In this document: positions 34,633-46,166 of the stretch, in pieces | Position numbering within the stretch: the stretch's first letter is position 1 | Layout of the letters: every line of letters begins with the position of its first letter | Source of the DNA: Carpediemonas membranifera BICM | Taxonomy: Eukaryota; Protista; Fornicata | Direction of reading: 5' to 3' | Length of the DNA: 64,000 nt | Assembly (NCBI GenBank): GCA_019828565.1 | Contig: JAHDYR010000011.1 | Span: 319,072-383,071 of the forward strand | Program-made: the position numbers and the translations under genes | Notes under the pieces: model-generated | What the model saw: the letters and a program-made list of their open reading frames with translations, nothing else | What the model was told of the DNA's origin: nothing | The model's database searches: none

Positions 34633-34938
34633 GCATATCATCGATATGTAAGCTATCACGCCTCGGGCGTGGCTCACGCCCTGACACTGCTGGGTCAGGG
34701 CGTGTCAGAACAGGATTCCGGGGACACGAGAAAGATGGCCAAAATATTTAGAAAATCTCGAAAGATATGATTGTGGATACGGTCTTGATCCGTCCCGATC
34801 GCGAGCAGATCGTATCCCTCCAGCAGAAACCGTGAGGATGGCCGAAGGCGACACGGATGACGGGCCAAGGCCGCCAAACGGAATATAAATTTGATTAGAT
34901 CAATTTGGAATAGTCGATTATCGTCGACCAAATGGTCG
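34633..34938 (+). mobile_element. Solo A'-spacer-B' remnant of DIRS family B
   Basis: 34633-34858 matches A' (54893-54668, one mismatch seen) and 34899-34938 matches B' (50802-50763). No ORFs lie between them. Confidence 0.85.
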
Positions 34939-35250
34939 GGTGTTCACTCCGGAGGGTGACTCAGACAGGGTGTTAGGACACCGATATATTGCCTGTTCTG
35001 CTCCTGGGATCGAGATCCTGGCGGGTTCTGCACTCCCCAAAGGCAATGACCGACGACGCGTATAAACACCTTGTTGGATTATTTACTGCTGTGCAGTTGT
35101 ACTCGTGCAGAGCACGTAATTTTGAAAATTGGTCTTGTCAGTGCCTCAGTTATTATTATTGCTATTTATAACTACGGGCACACTCACCCCTGCTTCGCAG
35201 GTTATGTGTAAATACTGTTGTCGCCACAGAATCGATTCTAGTACAGACTC

Positions 35251-36838
35251 ATGTTTGCCAAAACCCAAATGACAATTCCAGAGCTCGACGCTATTAACCT
35301 CGACCGCGAGAGCGTCCGCTCCTTCAAGAGGCAAGTCCAACGCCTCAAGGTGTTCGCACCTGACGCGAAAGCCTCCCTTTTCCTCACCGACGCCTTGTCG
35401 GATCTCATTCAGCGACAGTTCGACCTCAACGCTGAAACCATCACCGAAGAGGAGCTCTTCAAGCACCTCGACAAGCTCGTCGGCCCTCAGACATCCCGCC
35501 AATGGCTCGCCGAGCTGAGCAAGGTCCGCTGTGAATCCACTATCACCGACCTCAACACCCGCACCGTCCTTGTGCGCAAGTACATCAACGCATTCCAGGA
35601 CATCTTCCAGCTCTACACAAAGGGCGCATTCTCCGAAGAGGAGAACCTCTCCCGCGACGACGATACCGTCATCGAAAAAGCCACCAAGCTGTGCCTCTCC
35701 CATCTGGCACCTGACGCTTTCCAACGTGTCGTCCGCACGGAGTATGACCTCCGAAAGCCAACCAAGCTCGAGGACGTGTACAAACTCATCACCGAGGCCG
35801 CCCGGGTTGAAGACCAGCTTCGCCTGGACATGACGCGCTATGGCTACGATCTAGTGCGCACCAAGAAGGCCAGAACCAAGGCCAACAGCGACCCCGACAC
35901 TGACGAATCCTCCAGCACCAAGCAGGCCCTCCCCATCAAGGCCAAGGAAGCGGCTCCCACCTCCAAGCCGCGTCCGAACGACATCCATCCGACCAACAGG
36001 CCCCCGAAGACCCCTTGCCCCATCTGCCAGGGCAATCACTGGCGGAACGAGTGTCCCCGTTCAGAGAAGACACGCTCCAGGGAGTCGGGCGGCGGCCTCA
36101 GAGCCAAATCTGAGCTCAAGGCCAAGACCCCGTTCGAGGCCATGATCCTTGACGATGCCGAGATCGACACCGAGGACGACGTGCTCAAGACTACGGGCCA
36201 TATAAATGGCCAAGAGTACGTGTTCCACATTGATTCATGCGCCAGACGTTCAGGAGTTTCGGAGGGACTAGCAAAGGATCTCGCCCTACCCCATTCAACG
36301 GGCCCTACGCGGCATTATTTACTGGCAGACCAGTCAGTGGCCACCGCTAATGGCCGGACCTCCGCGGACCTCCGAGTGGCCCTAGCTGGCCACGAGACCC
36401 GCTTCACTGCCAACCTCGACATCATACCAGGGAAAAAACCCCTGATCCTCATAGGCTGCGATATTCTGAGAAGCCTCGGATGCCTCACTTCCGATGGCCT
36501 TTTTGTTAAGCTCGTGAAAGAAACCGCAGCAGACGAAGGGGACGATATTCCTTTCAGACCAGCAGAAGAATTACTGCTGGCCGACAACGTACAGCCCAAC
36601 ATTGAGATCGAGGAGCTTAAGCAACCGATCACAGCGATATTGGAGCAGCACCCTCACGTTTTTGACGGCCTGGCGCCGGGAGGAGCCAAGGTGCCCGCCA
36701 TGCGCATCCCGCTAGTGGACGAACAGCACCTCGTGCAAGCCAAGCCCCGCCGCCTCAATCCCAGACGCCGTGAGCAAGTCAGAGAAGAGCTGCAGCGCCT
36801 GCGATCGGCAGGTATCACACGGGCCTCACAGGGACCGT
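35251..36838 (+). CDS. Gypsy 1 gag-protease and RT N-terminus
   Basis: CPICQGNHWRNEC knuckle and IDSCA protease site. Removing Gypsy 2 and one TSD restores QGPFASPIVVV. Confidence 0.88.
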
Positions 36839-36970
36839 TGTGGTGGTCATAGACCACACTAATCATTTATACAGTTTAAGCCATTTATTGGCACAAGGGT
36901 TTTCTCTTCTTCTTTCCCTATAAAAGCATTCTCCGCATTAGCGAGGCACATTAACGTTAATTCCCCTCAA

Positions 36971-39900
36971 ATGCTGAAGAAATCCGATCCCCCGTTGCTG
37001 AAGTCGCCAGATCTGAACGAACTGTTCATCTTTGTGGACAAGTTCAACGATTACCGCGCCTTAGGGGGCAAGCGAGACATTGAGAAGCTAATCGACAGCG
37101 AGGTTCGGGAGATGGTGACAGCAATCCTACCAGCGGACGATCTTGACGACGCGGAGGAAGAGATCCCTCTCCTCCTTAATCAACATCATCGTGCCGCTCG
37201 CTCCAGAGCCCAGAAGGACCTCAAGATCATCAAGCGCCTAGGACGCGCTCTCAGACCTACTCAAGAAGTCAACAAGCTCCGTCTCTTTAGAATCACCGCC
37301 AAGGACTTCTCCCCTATCGAAGTTGCTCGAGTCAACAAGAAGTTCCGTATTACCATGGCAGTCGTCCAACCCGAGTTCCCCCTCGAGACACTACGCGACA
37401 TATACGTTCGTTGTTTCAAGTTCGGATCCAACCAGACGATGTACCGCATCAAGGGAGGTGATCCAGGACATGTCGCTAGAAGATGCCATGCCGCGCGTTC
37501 TAGCCCTATCCAGAACAGTCCAAGAGAGCACCGCGATCGCCAACGCGTTCCAGGACAAGCCGTCCAACGCCGAGCACCACCACACGAGCCGTAACTCCCA
37601 CCGACGCAACGATCGCAAGCCTCAGTCACGTCCCACCGAAGACCGTTCGCATGCTACCAGACCTGAACACGCGTCGACTAAGCCTATCGACAAGAAGGGC
37701 AGACGTGATCATTCACAGTTCACTTGCTATAACTGTGGTGGTAAGGGTCACGCCGTCTACGAGTGTAAGAAGCCCAAGAACAAGTGTCAGAAGTGCGGGA
37801 AGAGCGGACACCTTGACAGGTTCTGTAAATCCCCACAGTACTTGTCCTTGTTCTCGATGACTTCACACAAACGCAAAGATAGCCTACCTCTGTGCAAAGT
37901 TAAGGTCGAGGGTCGAGACGTCGTTGCCTTGATTGATTCGGGGAGCCAACTGCTCCACTATATCCCCCAAGCTGACCAAGGGTATGACGCGTATATCAGA
38001 TGAAGAGCGAAGCGTGCGTACAGCCAAGGGAACTATACAGTCCCAAGGTTCCGTGCAAGGGAACATCAAACTCATGCCGTCAGCCTTTACACCTAAGGCA
38101 GTGTCCTTCAAGCCGGAGTTGATTGTGCTAGATACTGAGTTCGACGTCGTCCTGGGGTACCCCCACCTTGTCGAGCTGGGAATCCTCCCCGACGTGAACG
38201 TAGAGTCAGGGGAATACTCGGACGAAGTCCAGGTCCCCGAAGCTTTCAAGCACAACGCTGCCATTTTTAGTCTATCCGACCAGTCGACCAAGAGTCAAGC
38301 CGAACTGATCAAGAGGTTCTCCGATCTATTCCAAGACCGGGACGAACCTAGCAGGCTAGAGCCGTACGACCTCGTTCTGAAGGACGATCGGGTCGTGAAC
38401 GCCAGACCTTACTATGTACCCCCAGCGAAGATACACGTCGTGAGAGAGCACATCGACACGCTGCTAGCCAAGAAATATATCGAGGCCTGCCAGTCACAAT
38501 ACGCTTCCCCAGCTATGACTGTGCCTAAGAAGGGAGGCAAGTCGCGTTTCGTAGTCGATTTCCGCCGTATTAACGAGCTTACTGAGCCGTTCGACTACCC
38601 CATCCCTCGTATCGACGAGGTGCTGTCACAGCTCGCAGGACAGAAGATCTTCGCGACTCTAGACCTGTCGTCCGGGTACCACCAGATCCCTTTGACAGAA
38701 CGATCAAGACCCCTGACTGCATTTACCACCGTACTAGGGCAGTATCAATACCGACGGATGCCTTTCGGGCTGCGCAACGCAGGAGCTCACTTCCAGAAGG
38801 CCATGGAGCGCGCCTTCGCCGGGCTCGTGGGCAGCTCATGTTACATTTACATCGACGATATTATTGTCTTCGGCAGCGACGAGGCCGAATATCTCGCGAA
38901 CCTCGAAAGAGTCCTGGACCGTGCGCGTAAGGTCAAGCTCCAGCTCAATCGCGAGAAATGCCAATTCGGCAGGCAGGAGGTCGAGTTCTTAGGTTGGGTT
39001 GTCAATGATGGGCAGGTGAGAATCGCACCCAGCCGTGTAGACGACATCGCAAATCTCCAGATGCCGACATCCATCAAGGGCATGCAGGGCCTAGTAGGAT
39101 TCCTCAACTATTTCCGGGATCACATCCCCCATTTTGCGGAAATCGGACACCCGTTAATCAAAGCTATGTCCGGTCACACAAGTCTCGGCCTGACCGCCCA
39201 GCAGGAGGCCCTCGATAAGCTCAAGCAGAGCCTTACCTCCGCTGACGCCCTAGCAATTTTCGACGCCACGAAGGAGCATTCTATAATGACCGACGCCTCG
39301 GGAGTGGGGTACGGCGCAGTCCTATTGCAAGAGGGCAAGCCTGTCTGTTACATGTCGAAGGCCTTCAACGCCACACAGTCTCGTTGGTCAACGATTGAGA
39401 AGGAGGCGTACGCCATTGTGGCGGCCTTGCAGCGCTGGCGCAAGTTCCTTGCCTGGGGACCTTTCTCCATACTCACTGACCACCGAAACCTTACCTTCAT
39501 GTACCGTAGCATCAACCCGAAAGTCAGGAGGTGGGCCGATGCCATTTCCGACTTGGACTTTGAGATTAAGCACGTCGCCGGCCTGGACAATGGAGCCGCA
39601 GATGGTCTGTCCCGTGTGTTTACTATGTTCACTCGCAAAGCTACGACCGATGAGATTGAAGAAGCACACACCACCGCCGGCGCCCATCTATCTCGACGAC
39701 TAACGACCGAGAAGCTTAGAGCCGAAGGGTTGTCGGTGTCGAGAGCCGCAGTCGACCAGGTGATTGCAGCTTGCCCGGTGTGCCAAGTCCTCGAGAAACC
39801 CCACGTCGATACACCGGATGGTCTGCATACCGCCGTTGATGAACCGTTTAAGCGAGTAGCCATCGACACCTTAGGTCCGTTCCCCAAGTCGCAGGGGTTC

Positions 39901-40908
39901 ACGCACATCTCCGTCATCATAGATATGTGTAGTAGGTGGACCGAGTTGGTTCCAGTTACAGGTACGACTGCGCAAGCCGCAGTTACGGCGTTCGTTAATA
40001 ACTGGGTCTTACGCTATGGCTGCCCCGAGGTCTTACAGACTGACGGCGGGCCCGAGTTTAACAATCAGCTCATGAAGTCCCTGGCCGACGAGATGGGTTT
40101 CCACACCCATGTTACGACTCCACATCACCCGCAATCTAATGGCATCGTCGAACGGGCCAACAGTGGAGTTCTCAAAATCTTGAAGGCCAGAAAGTTCCAT
40201 TTCCGGGACGCGGACTGGGTCAAGCACTTACCTGTCGCACAATTTATCGTCAATTCGACGCCCAGGATACCCACTCACCTCTCACCATCCGAGATCATAC
40301 TAGGTGTCAACATCAGGATCCCGAACGAGATCATCATCTGCACCCACTCGACTAGCGCCAGAATACAGGACAGACGCGCGGCGGCTGGCCAAGCCATCCA
40401 GCTAGCGAAGGCTAGAATTCAGGCAATGAGAGAGGACGCTCTCGCAAACGCCGCATCGTCACGTCAGGAGTTACTGTGCCGGTTCGTGTTGGTCAAGTAC
40501 CCAGCCAGACCTCCCAACAAGCTGATGCCAGGATGGCGAGGGCCCATGCGACGGGTCAGTGCGGTTAAGCAAGATGGCGTGACGGTCGCCTATGAAGTTC
40601 AGGACCTCAACCAGGGAAGCCAAGGCAAGATATTGAAGGTCGACGCCTCGCGCGTACGCAGATTTAACCCTGGCAATCTATCCGAGCGAGAGATCAAGGA
40701 CTTGGCCGCCACGGCGAACGATGAGTGGGAAGTGGACCGTATTTCCAAATCGCGAGGGAACGGAACACGAACCAAACGCGAATACCGCGTTCACTGGTCT
40801 GGTTTCGAGGACGAGGAGGCGACATGGCAGGATTGGGACTCCGTCAAGGACCTGGAAGCATTAGATATATATTTGAAGTCTGACCAAGCCAAACTGGACG
40901 GTCTATAA
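36971..40908 (+). CDS. Gypsy 2 gag-pol (two CCHC, PR, RT, RNase H, IN, chromodomain), frameshifted near 37.45 and 37.94 kb
   Basis: CYNCGGKGHAVYEC, CQKCGKSGHLDRFC, LIDSG, YIDD, TDAS, TDGGPEF, NGIVER, WRGP, EWEVDRI..YRVHWSGF..ATW. Confidence 0.93.
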
Positions 40909-40950
40909 ATCTTCACCACATCTAATCGCTCCAGCGTCAAGTCATCAGAT

Positions 40951-42031
40951 TTATTCGTCGTCCGACTCCTCGGTATCGGTCAGCTCGACCAACCAAGACG
41001 CGTCAGCGTGGCGCTCAAGATCGTGCTCAGCAAGATAGTCGCGCACACAACGGACGAGACAGAGATCGGCGTTCAGCCAGACGATGCTGAGGCCTGAGTA
41101 ACCCTCATACTGGAGTATGAGAGCGAAGGTCCCAGGTCCACGAGTCGTTTTCAGGAACTCATGGCGGACAACACACGTCACCGTGTAGTAACGGTCCGGG
41201 TCAGAGACCTGGAGAGGCTCCCAATGGATCTCGTCCCCGATGGCAGGCAGGTGACCATCGCGGCACAGCTCGTCGACCAGCATCGCCCAGAAAGCGATGG
41301 GTGCACCGATACCGCGGCTGATGCCAAAGAGCGCTACCCTGAAGTAGTCCGGCGAAAAGACGAGGATCATGAGCCGGTTGAGGTAACCACGAGCCGTGGT
41401 ATCAGATCCGACATTAGCAGCAGCGCGCACTGCGGCCACGAGCCCAGCTGAGTAACGCCCATTGCCAGTCAGGCTGATATCGCCACTCTGAAGGGCGGCC
41501 GACACGATGTCCCCGTCAGTGAGGGTCGGGCGCAGACGGATCTTAAGGTGAGACACCACGCCAGCGAGAGCGAACTGACAGAAAGCCACGAGGCCGAGTA
41601 CCTGCCGACACTTCACTACATCCATGTACACCGAAGCCTGATGAAGGTGTCCTTGCTCGATTGCGTCGAAGATGCGCTGAAGAGGCATCTCGACGGAGTT
41701 GGTGTAGCCGGCTAGGCGCCGAGTGACCTCCGCTCGTATGTCGCGAGGTAGCTGGTGGGATGCGGTTGTCGGGCGAGTGATCCGCTCCGCGGCCTGCACA
41801 CGGTGTCTGAATGAGTATTCTGTTGATATTGGTTACTTACAAGTTCCCGGTGGCCAAACGCTTGCGTTGCGTACGGGTCTGAGCACGAAGAGAACGACAG
41901 ACGGCGGAATGAGCGGAAACAAGAGGCTTAGTGAGTTCCTCGTCACCAATTTCGGCGATTTTAGCGCGAATAGTATCCAGAATTGCTTCTACGGCGGCGT
42001 TGTCCGACATCAACTGAGTTGACGGCGACAT
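40951..42031 (-). CDS. Antisense accessory gene inside Gypsy 2, probably spliced (348 aa), with a chromodomain-like C-terminus
   Basis: A 34-nt intron 41840-41807 (GTAAGT..ACTCATTCAG) joins the 42031 exon in frame to the 282-aa ORF. The C-terminus reads YYTVTCVVRH..LQYEGY..W..VRDYL. Confidence 0.6.
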
Positions 42032-42885
42032 ATTCTGCACTTTTGGAACAATCGGTTTCAGGACGAAACCTAGAGCAGTAATAGGACGCCAAATCAAGCT
42101 AATTCATCTATTTACTAAGCGCTGTAGCCTATTAGCTCCATCGGAAGCCGATTGATGTTGTTAATGAAGTACGAGCGCGCCAGGAAAAATGAAAGGCCCA
42201 AAACTCGCCAACGAAGGCCTTTTTGGAGCCTCTTAATGCCTTTTTCGGCGTCTGCGTAAGTTTCAGCGCAAATGGTACAGTACTTCTTCTTATTCTTCTA
42301 GACGCCGAGATCAACCCTCGAATTACTTAGAAGCATGCGTAACACGTAATATTTTTCGAGACACGGCCATATGAGGCCGTGGAGGGGCAGGGATAAGCCT
42401 CTATGAATACGGGCGAACCCTAGCCGTCCGTTTGACTGTCATTGACGTCGGTAAGTTCGGACCCTATATGCGGTTCATGAGGGCGGCGAAGCCCTGGTAA
42501 GACCATCTTAACACGTAACATAGCAATTGCTTACACAGTGGATCCACGTTATCATATACAGCTGTCGGGTTTCATTCCCATGTCACCGTTGGTGATACCA
42601 TAATTCCGTATCGGAAGACCGCGGGTCGGGCGTTGCCCACTCCACTGCCAATGGAGTAGACCGTTGCATAGCTTGGGTGGCACCAAACTATAACACGGAT
42701 GACCCTAGGCCAACCTAACCCCCGTAACTCGTTGAGTGTCATGCCTATTACCCAGGCATGGAGGGGCAGTGTGGTGGTCATAGACCACACTAATCATTTA
42801 TACAGTTTAAGCCATTTATTGGCACAAGGGTTTTCTCTTCTTCTTTCCCTATAAAAGCATTCTCCGCATTAGCGAGGCACACCGT

Positions 42886-45324
42886 TTGCCTCTCCCATTG
42901 TCGTCGTAGACAAGGCATCCGGCGCCATCAGACTGTGTATTGACTATACAGCTCTCAATAGGGTCACAGTCAAGGACCACTTCCCCCTCCCCGACTTGAA
43001 GTCGTTTGTACGGGAAGCATCCGGCTCACGCTTCTTCGCGGCGCTGGACCTCACGTCCGGGTATCATCAAGTCCCAGTCCACCCGGACGACGTCCGCAAG
43101 ACGGCTATGATCACCCCAGACGCGTATGACGAGTTCGTGCGGGTGCCATTCGGCCTAGCAAATGCGCCGTCTCACTTCCAAAGAGTCATGCAAGGAGTCC
43201 TCGCACCCGTGCTTCACAAGGGTGTTATGGTCTACATTGATGACATCCTCATCCACGCAAAGACACAGGAGGAATTCCTCCAGACGCTAGAGCACACCTT
43301 AGTGCTACTCGATCGCCATGACTTGAGACTTAACCTCGCGAAGTGCAAGTTCGCCTCCCGTAAGGTCAAGGTCGTCGGCTTCGACATCTCGGAGCAAGGT
43401 CGCAGCGTGGACCCCGAGAGAGCCAAGGCCCTCAACGACATCACATCTCCCACCTCTGTCAAGGACATGCGACGCATCGCTGGCATGTTCAATTACATCG
43501 CTGAGCACCTTCCGCGCGCACAGGAGCTTCTTGGCCCGCTCTATGACGCAATCAAGGCCGAGGAGTGGGGTGATCCACAAGAACAGGCCCTCCAGAGCCT
43601 CAAGGAGGCAACAGCGGAGGCCATCACCCTCACCCAGCCGGACCCGGGTCTGCCCTGGCATCTCTATACAGACGCGTCCGACAACGCGGTCGGCGGTATT
43701 CTATACCAGATCGCTGCGGACGGCCAACATCAGCCCGTCACGTTATTCTCCAAGAGACTAACTGATGTGCAACGCCGCTGGTGCACCTATGATAAGGAAC
43801 TGTATGGTATCCTTAGTGCACTCACCAGATCAGACATGCAGCCCCTGTTCACCATGGCCACGGACCTACACGTCCACACGGACCATCGCAATATCGTCTA
43901 CCTCATGAAGCGCTCGGACTGCTCACCGAAGGTAATGCGCTGGAGGATCACCCTCCAGCAGTTCCCCGCGGAGATATCACATGTGGCAGGGGGAGGACAA
44001 CGCTGTAGCAGACGCTCTTAGTCGCTGCTGCTTCCTGACCACTGACGACATACCAGAAGACGCCCGCGCCATCCTCCGGACCCTTCATGGAGGATCCGCC
44101 GGCCACCCATCAGCCAGAATCATCCGCAGGCTGGCAACGCCAGCTCAACGCGAGACCATTGACCCCTACATCGACGTCTTCGTTCGGACCTGTCCGGCTT
44201 GTCTGAAGACTCGACAGATCCAAGCGCGCCAGACCGCGTGGCATAGCACGCAGAGGGTAGAGCCGTTCGAGACAGTCCAGCTGGACACGATCGGGCCCCT
44301 GCCCGAATCCACTAGGGGCAATCGATATATCATCACCATCATTGACTCCTTTACCAAGTACGTCGACCTAGTTCCAGTCCGGGACACGTCGGCAGACTCA
44401 GCCGCACAGGCCCTACTCGCATTCGCTGGCCGCTTCGGCATTCCTCAGGAGATCCACACCGATGGAGGATCCCAGTACCGCAACAAGCTTATGGAGAAGC
44501 TTACGAGTGAATTGACCCTCAAGCACCACATTGCTACAGCCTACCATCCACAGAGCTCGGGTATAGTTGAGCGAGCGAATGGCACGGCCGTGCGCGTTCT
44601 ACGCAAACTCATGATGGAAGCAGAGTCCAACGAATGGCAACGATGGCTTTATATGGCCCAATTCCTCGTCAACTCCGCTCCACATCGCACTCTTGGGGGA
44701 ATATCACCCCTCGAGGCCTTACTGGGCATCAGCCCTCGACACTTGAAGACCCCACGCAGCTACACCGACCCCGAGCGCGCATCTACAGCTCTCGCCAGTC
44801 ACATCGAGGCCCTCGGCCGCATCCGCGCACTGAGCAAGCATGCTGTGGAGGAGTACAACGCGGCTAAGCGCCGGGGAGATCACTTCAAGACCACCCACAG
44901 GTGGAAGCCGCACGAGTTCGCGTTTATCATCCCGAGCAGGAAGCCCCAGAAGCTCTCACCCTTCCTCCGGGGACCACTTAAGGTCCTGGGTCGTGGCGAA
45001 GACCCCAACGTCTACCGACTGAAGGACCTCATTACGAAGAAGGTGGTCCACATCCACGGGGAGCGCATGATCGCAGCGCCCGTCAGCCCAGAGGCGGCCC
45101 TCAAAATGGCGGCCCTGGATCACGACGAACTTGTCGTCGAAGCCATCCTGGATCACGACCTGAGGAAGGAACCAGGCCTGATCAAGATCCTCTGGGCAGG
45201 ATTCGAACGCTCAGAGGCTACGTGGGAACCTCTAGATGCAGAGAACCGCCAGCTCGTCGCATTAGACAGTTACTTGTTGACGCTACCGCCCGACGAGCGC
45301 TCAAAGCTGGAAAAGCGACTATAA
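42886..45324 (+). CDS. Gypsy 1 RT, RNase H, integrase and chromodomain (frameshift near 43.99 kb)
   Basis: LDLTSGYHQ, YIDD, TDAS, TDHRN, TDGGSQY, GIVER, LRGP, LVVEAILDH..WAGF..ATWEP. Confidence 0.92.
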
Positions 45325-46166
45325 CATCAGCCCATCCTAATCTCATGTTGATGTTGCTTATTGTACAACCATTCATCCGAACGAACGCAGTTCGAACAGG
45401 AACATCATGCATTCCCTCATCGAGAACCGATAGCAGGAAAAGGGGGGAAAGAAGGACTTTCTAACAGTATCCTTCGCGTTTCGAACACACCAGGCTCATT
45501 CTGGACATCATACCGTCATCACGAACAACTCGCTCATCAATTGATCCGCTGTTCGACAAAAGTGACCATCCCGGGACTCGAACCCAGACTCCTGGCGAAT
45601 ATCGTGGAGAATATCCTCGAGATCTGACCGAAAGATTTGATGACATCAAAACATATCTTCGGCACCATCATTCATACGCCCCACTTACAGCTCGAGGGGG
45701 GTAGTGTCAGTGCCTCAGTTATTATTATTGCTATTTATAACTACGGGCACACTCACCCCTGCTTCGCAGGTTATGTGTAAATACTGTTGTCGCCACAGTC
45801 TTCGTGGACCGAGGTCATCGGTCCCTCGCTCCTCATGTCCCCCCATGAGGTGAAGGAGGTCGCTCAAGCCCTCCTCGTCGCCTTCTGGCGAGCCCAGGTC
45901 GCGTACCATGTTGAGTACATGGACAAGGCCGGGTACCGTCGCCGGAGACAACGCTCCGCCCCTCTCCAGTAACGATCCCCTCCTATCAAGACGCGCTTTG
46001 ACCGCCCACCCCCACACTACGCTTCACCGCGTTCCTCTCTGAACACGTGATATTCTCGCTAAGAAGCGTGATGTGAAGCTTAATTTTCTAAATTACGACC
46101 ATTTGGTCGACGATAATCGACTATTCCAAATTGATCTAATCAAATTTATATTCCGTTTGGCGGCCT

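Larger units (their letters stand above)
36839..42881 (+). mobile_element. Chromodomain Ty3/Gypsy element 2 (112-bp LTRs) nested in Gypsy 1 RT
   Basis: Identical LTRs 36839-36950 and 42770-42881, TSD CCGT, PPT GGAGGGGCAG. Confidence 0.95.
35136..45797 (+). mobile_element. Chromodomain Ty3/Gypsy element 1 (93-bp LTRs), interrupted by Gypsy 2
   Basis: Identical TG..CA LTRs 35136-35228 and 45705-45797, TSD GTCT, PPT GAGGGGGGTAG. Confidence 0.95.
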
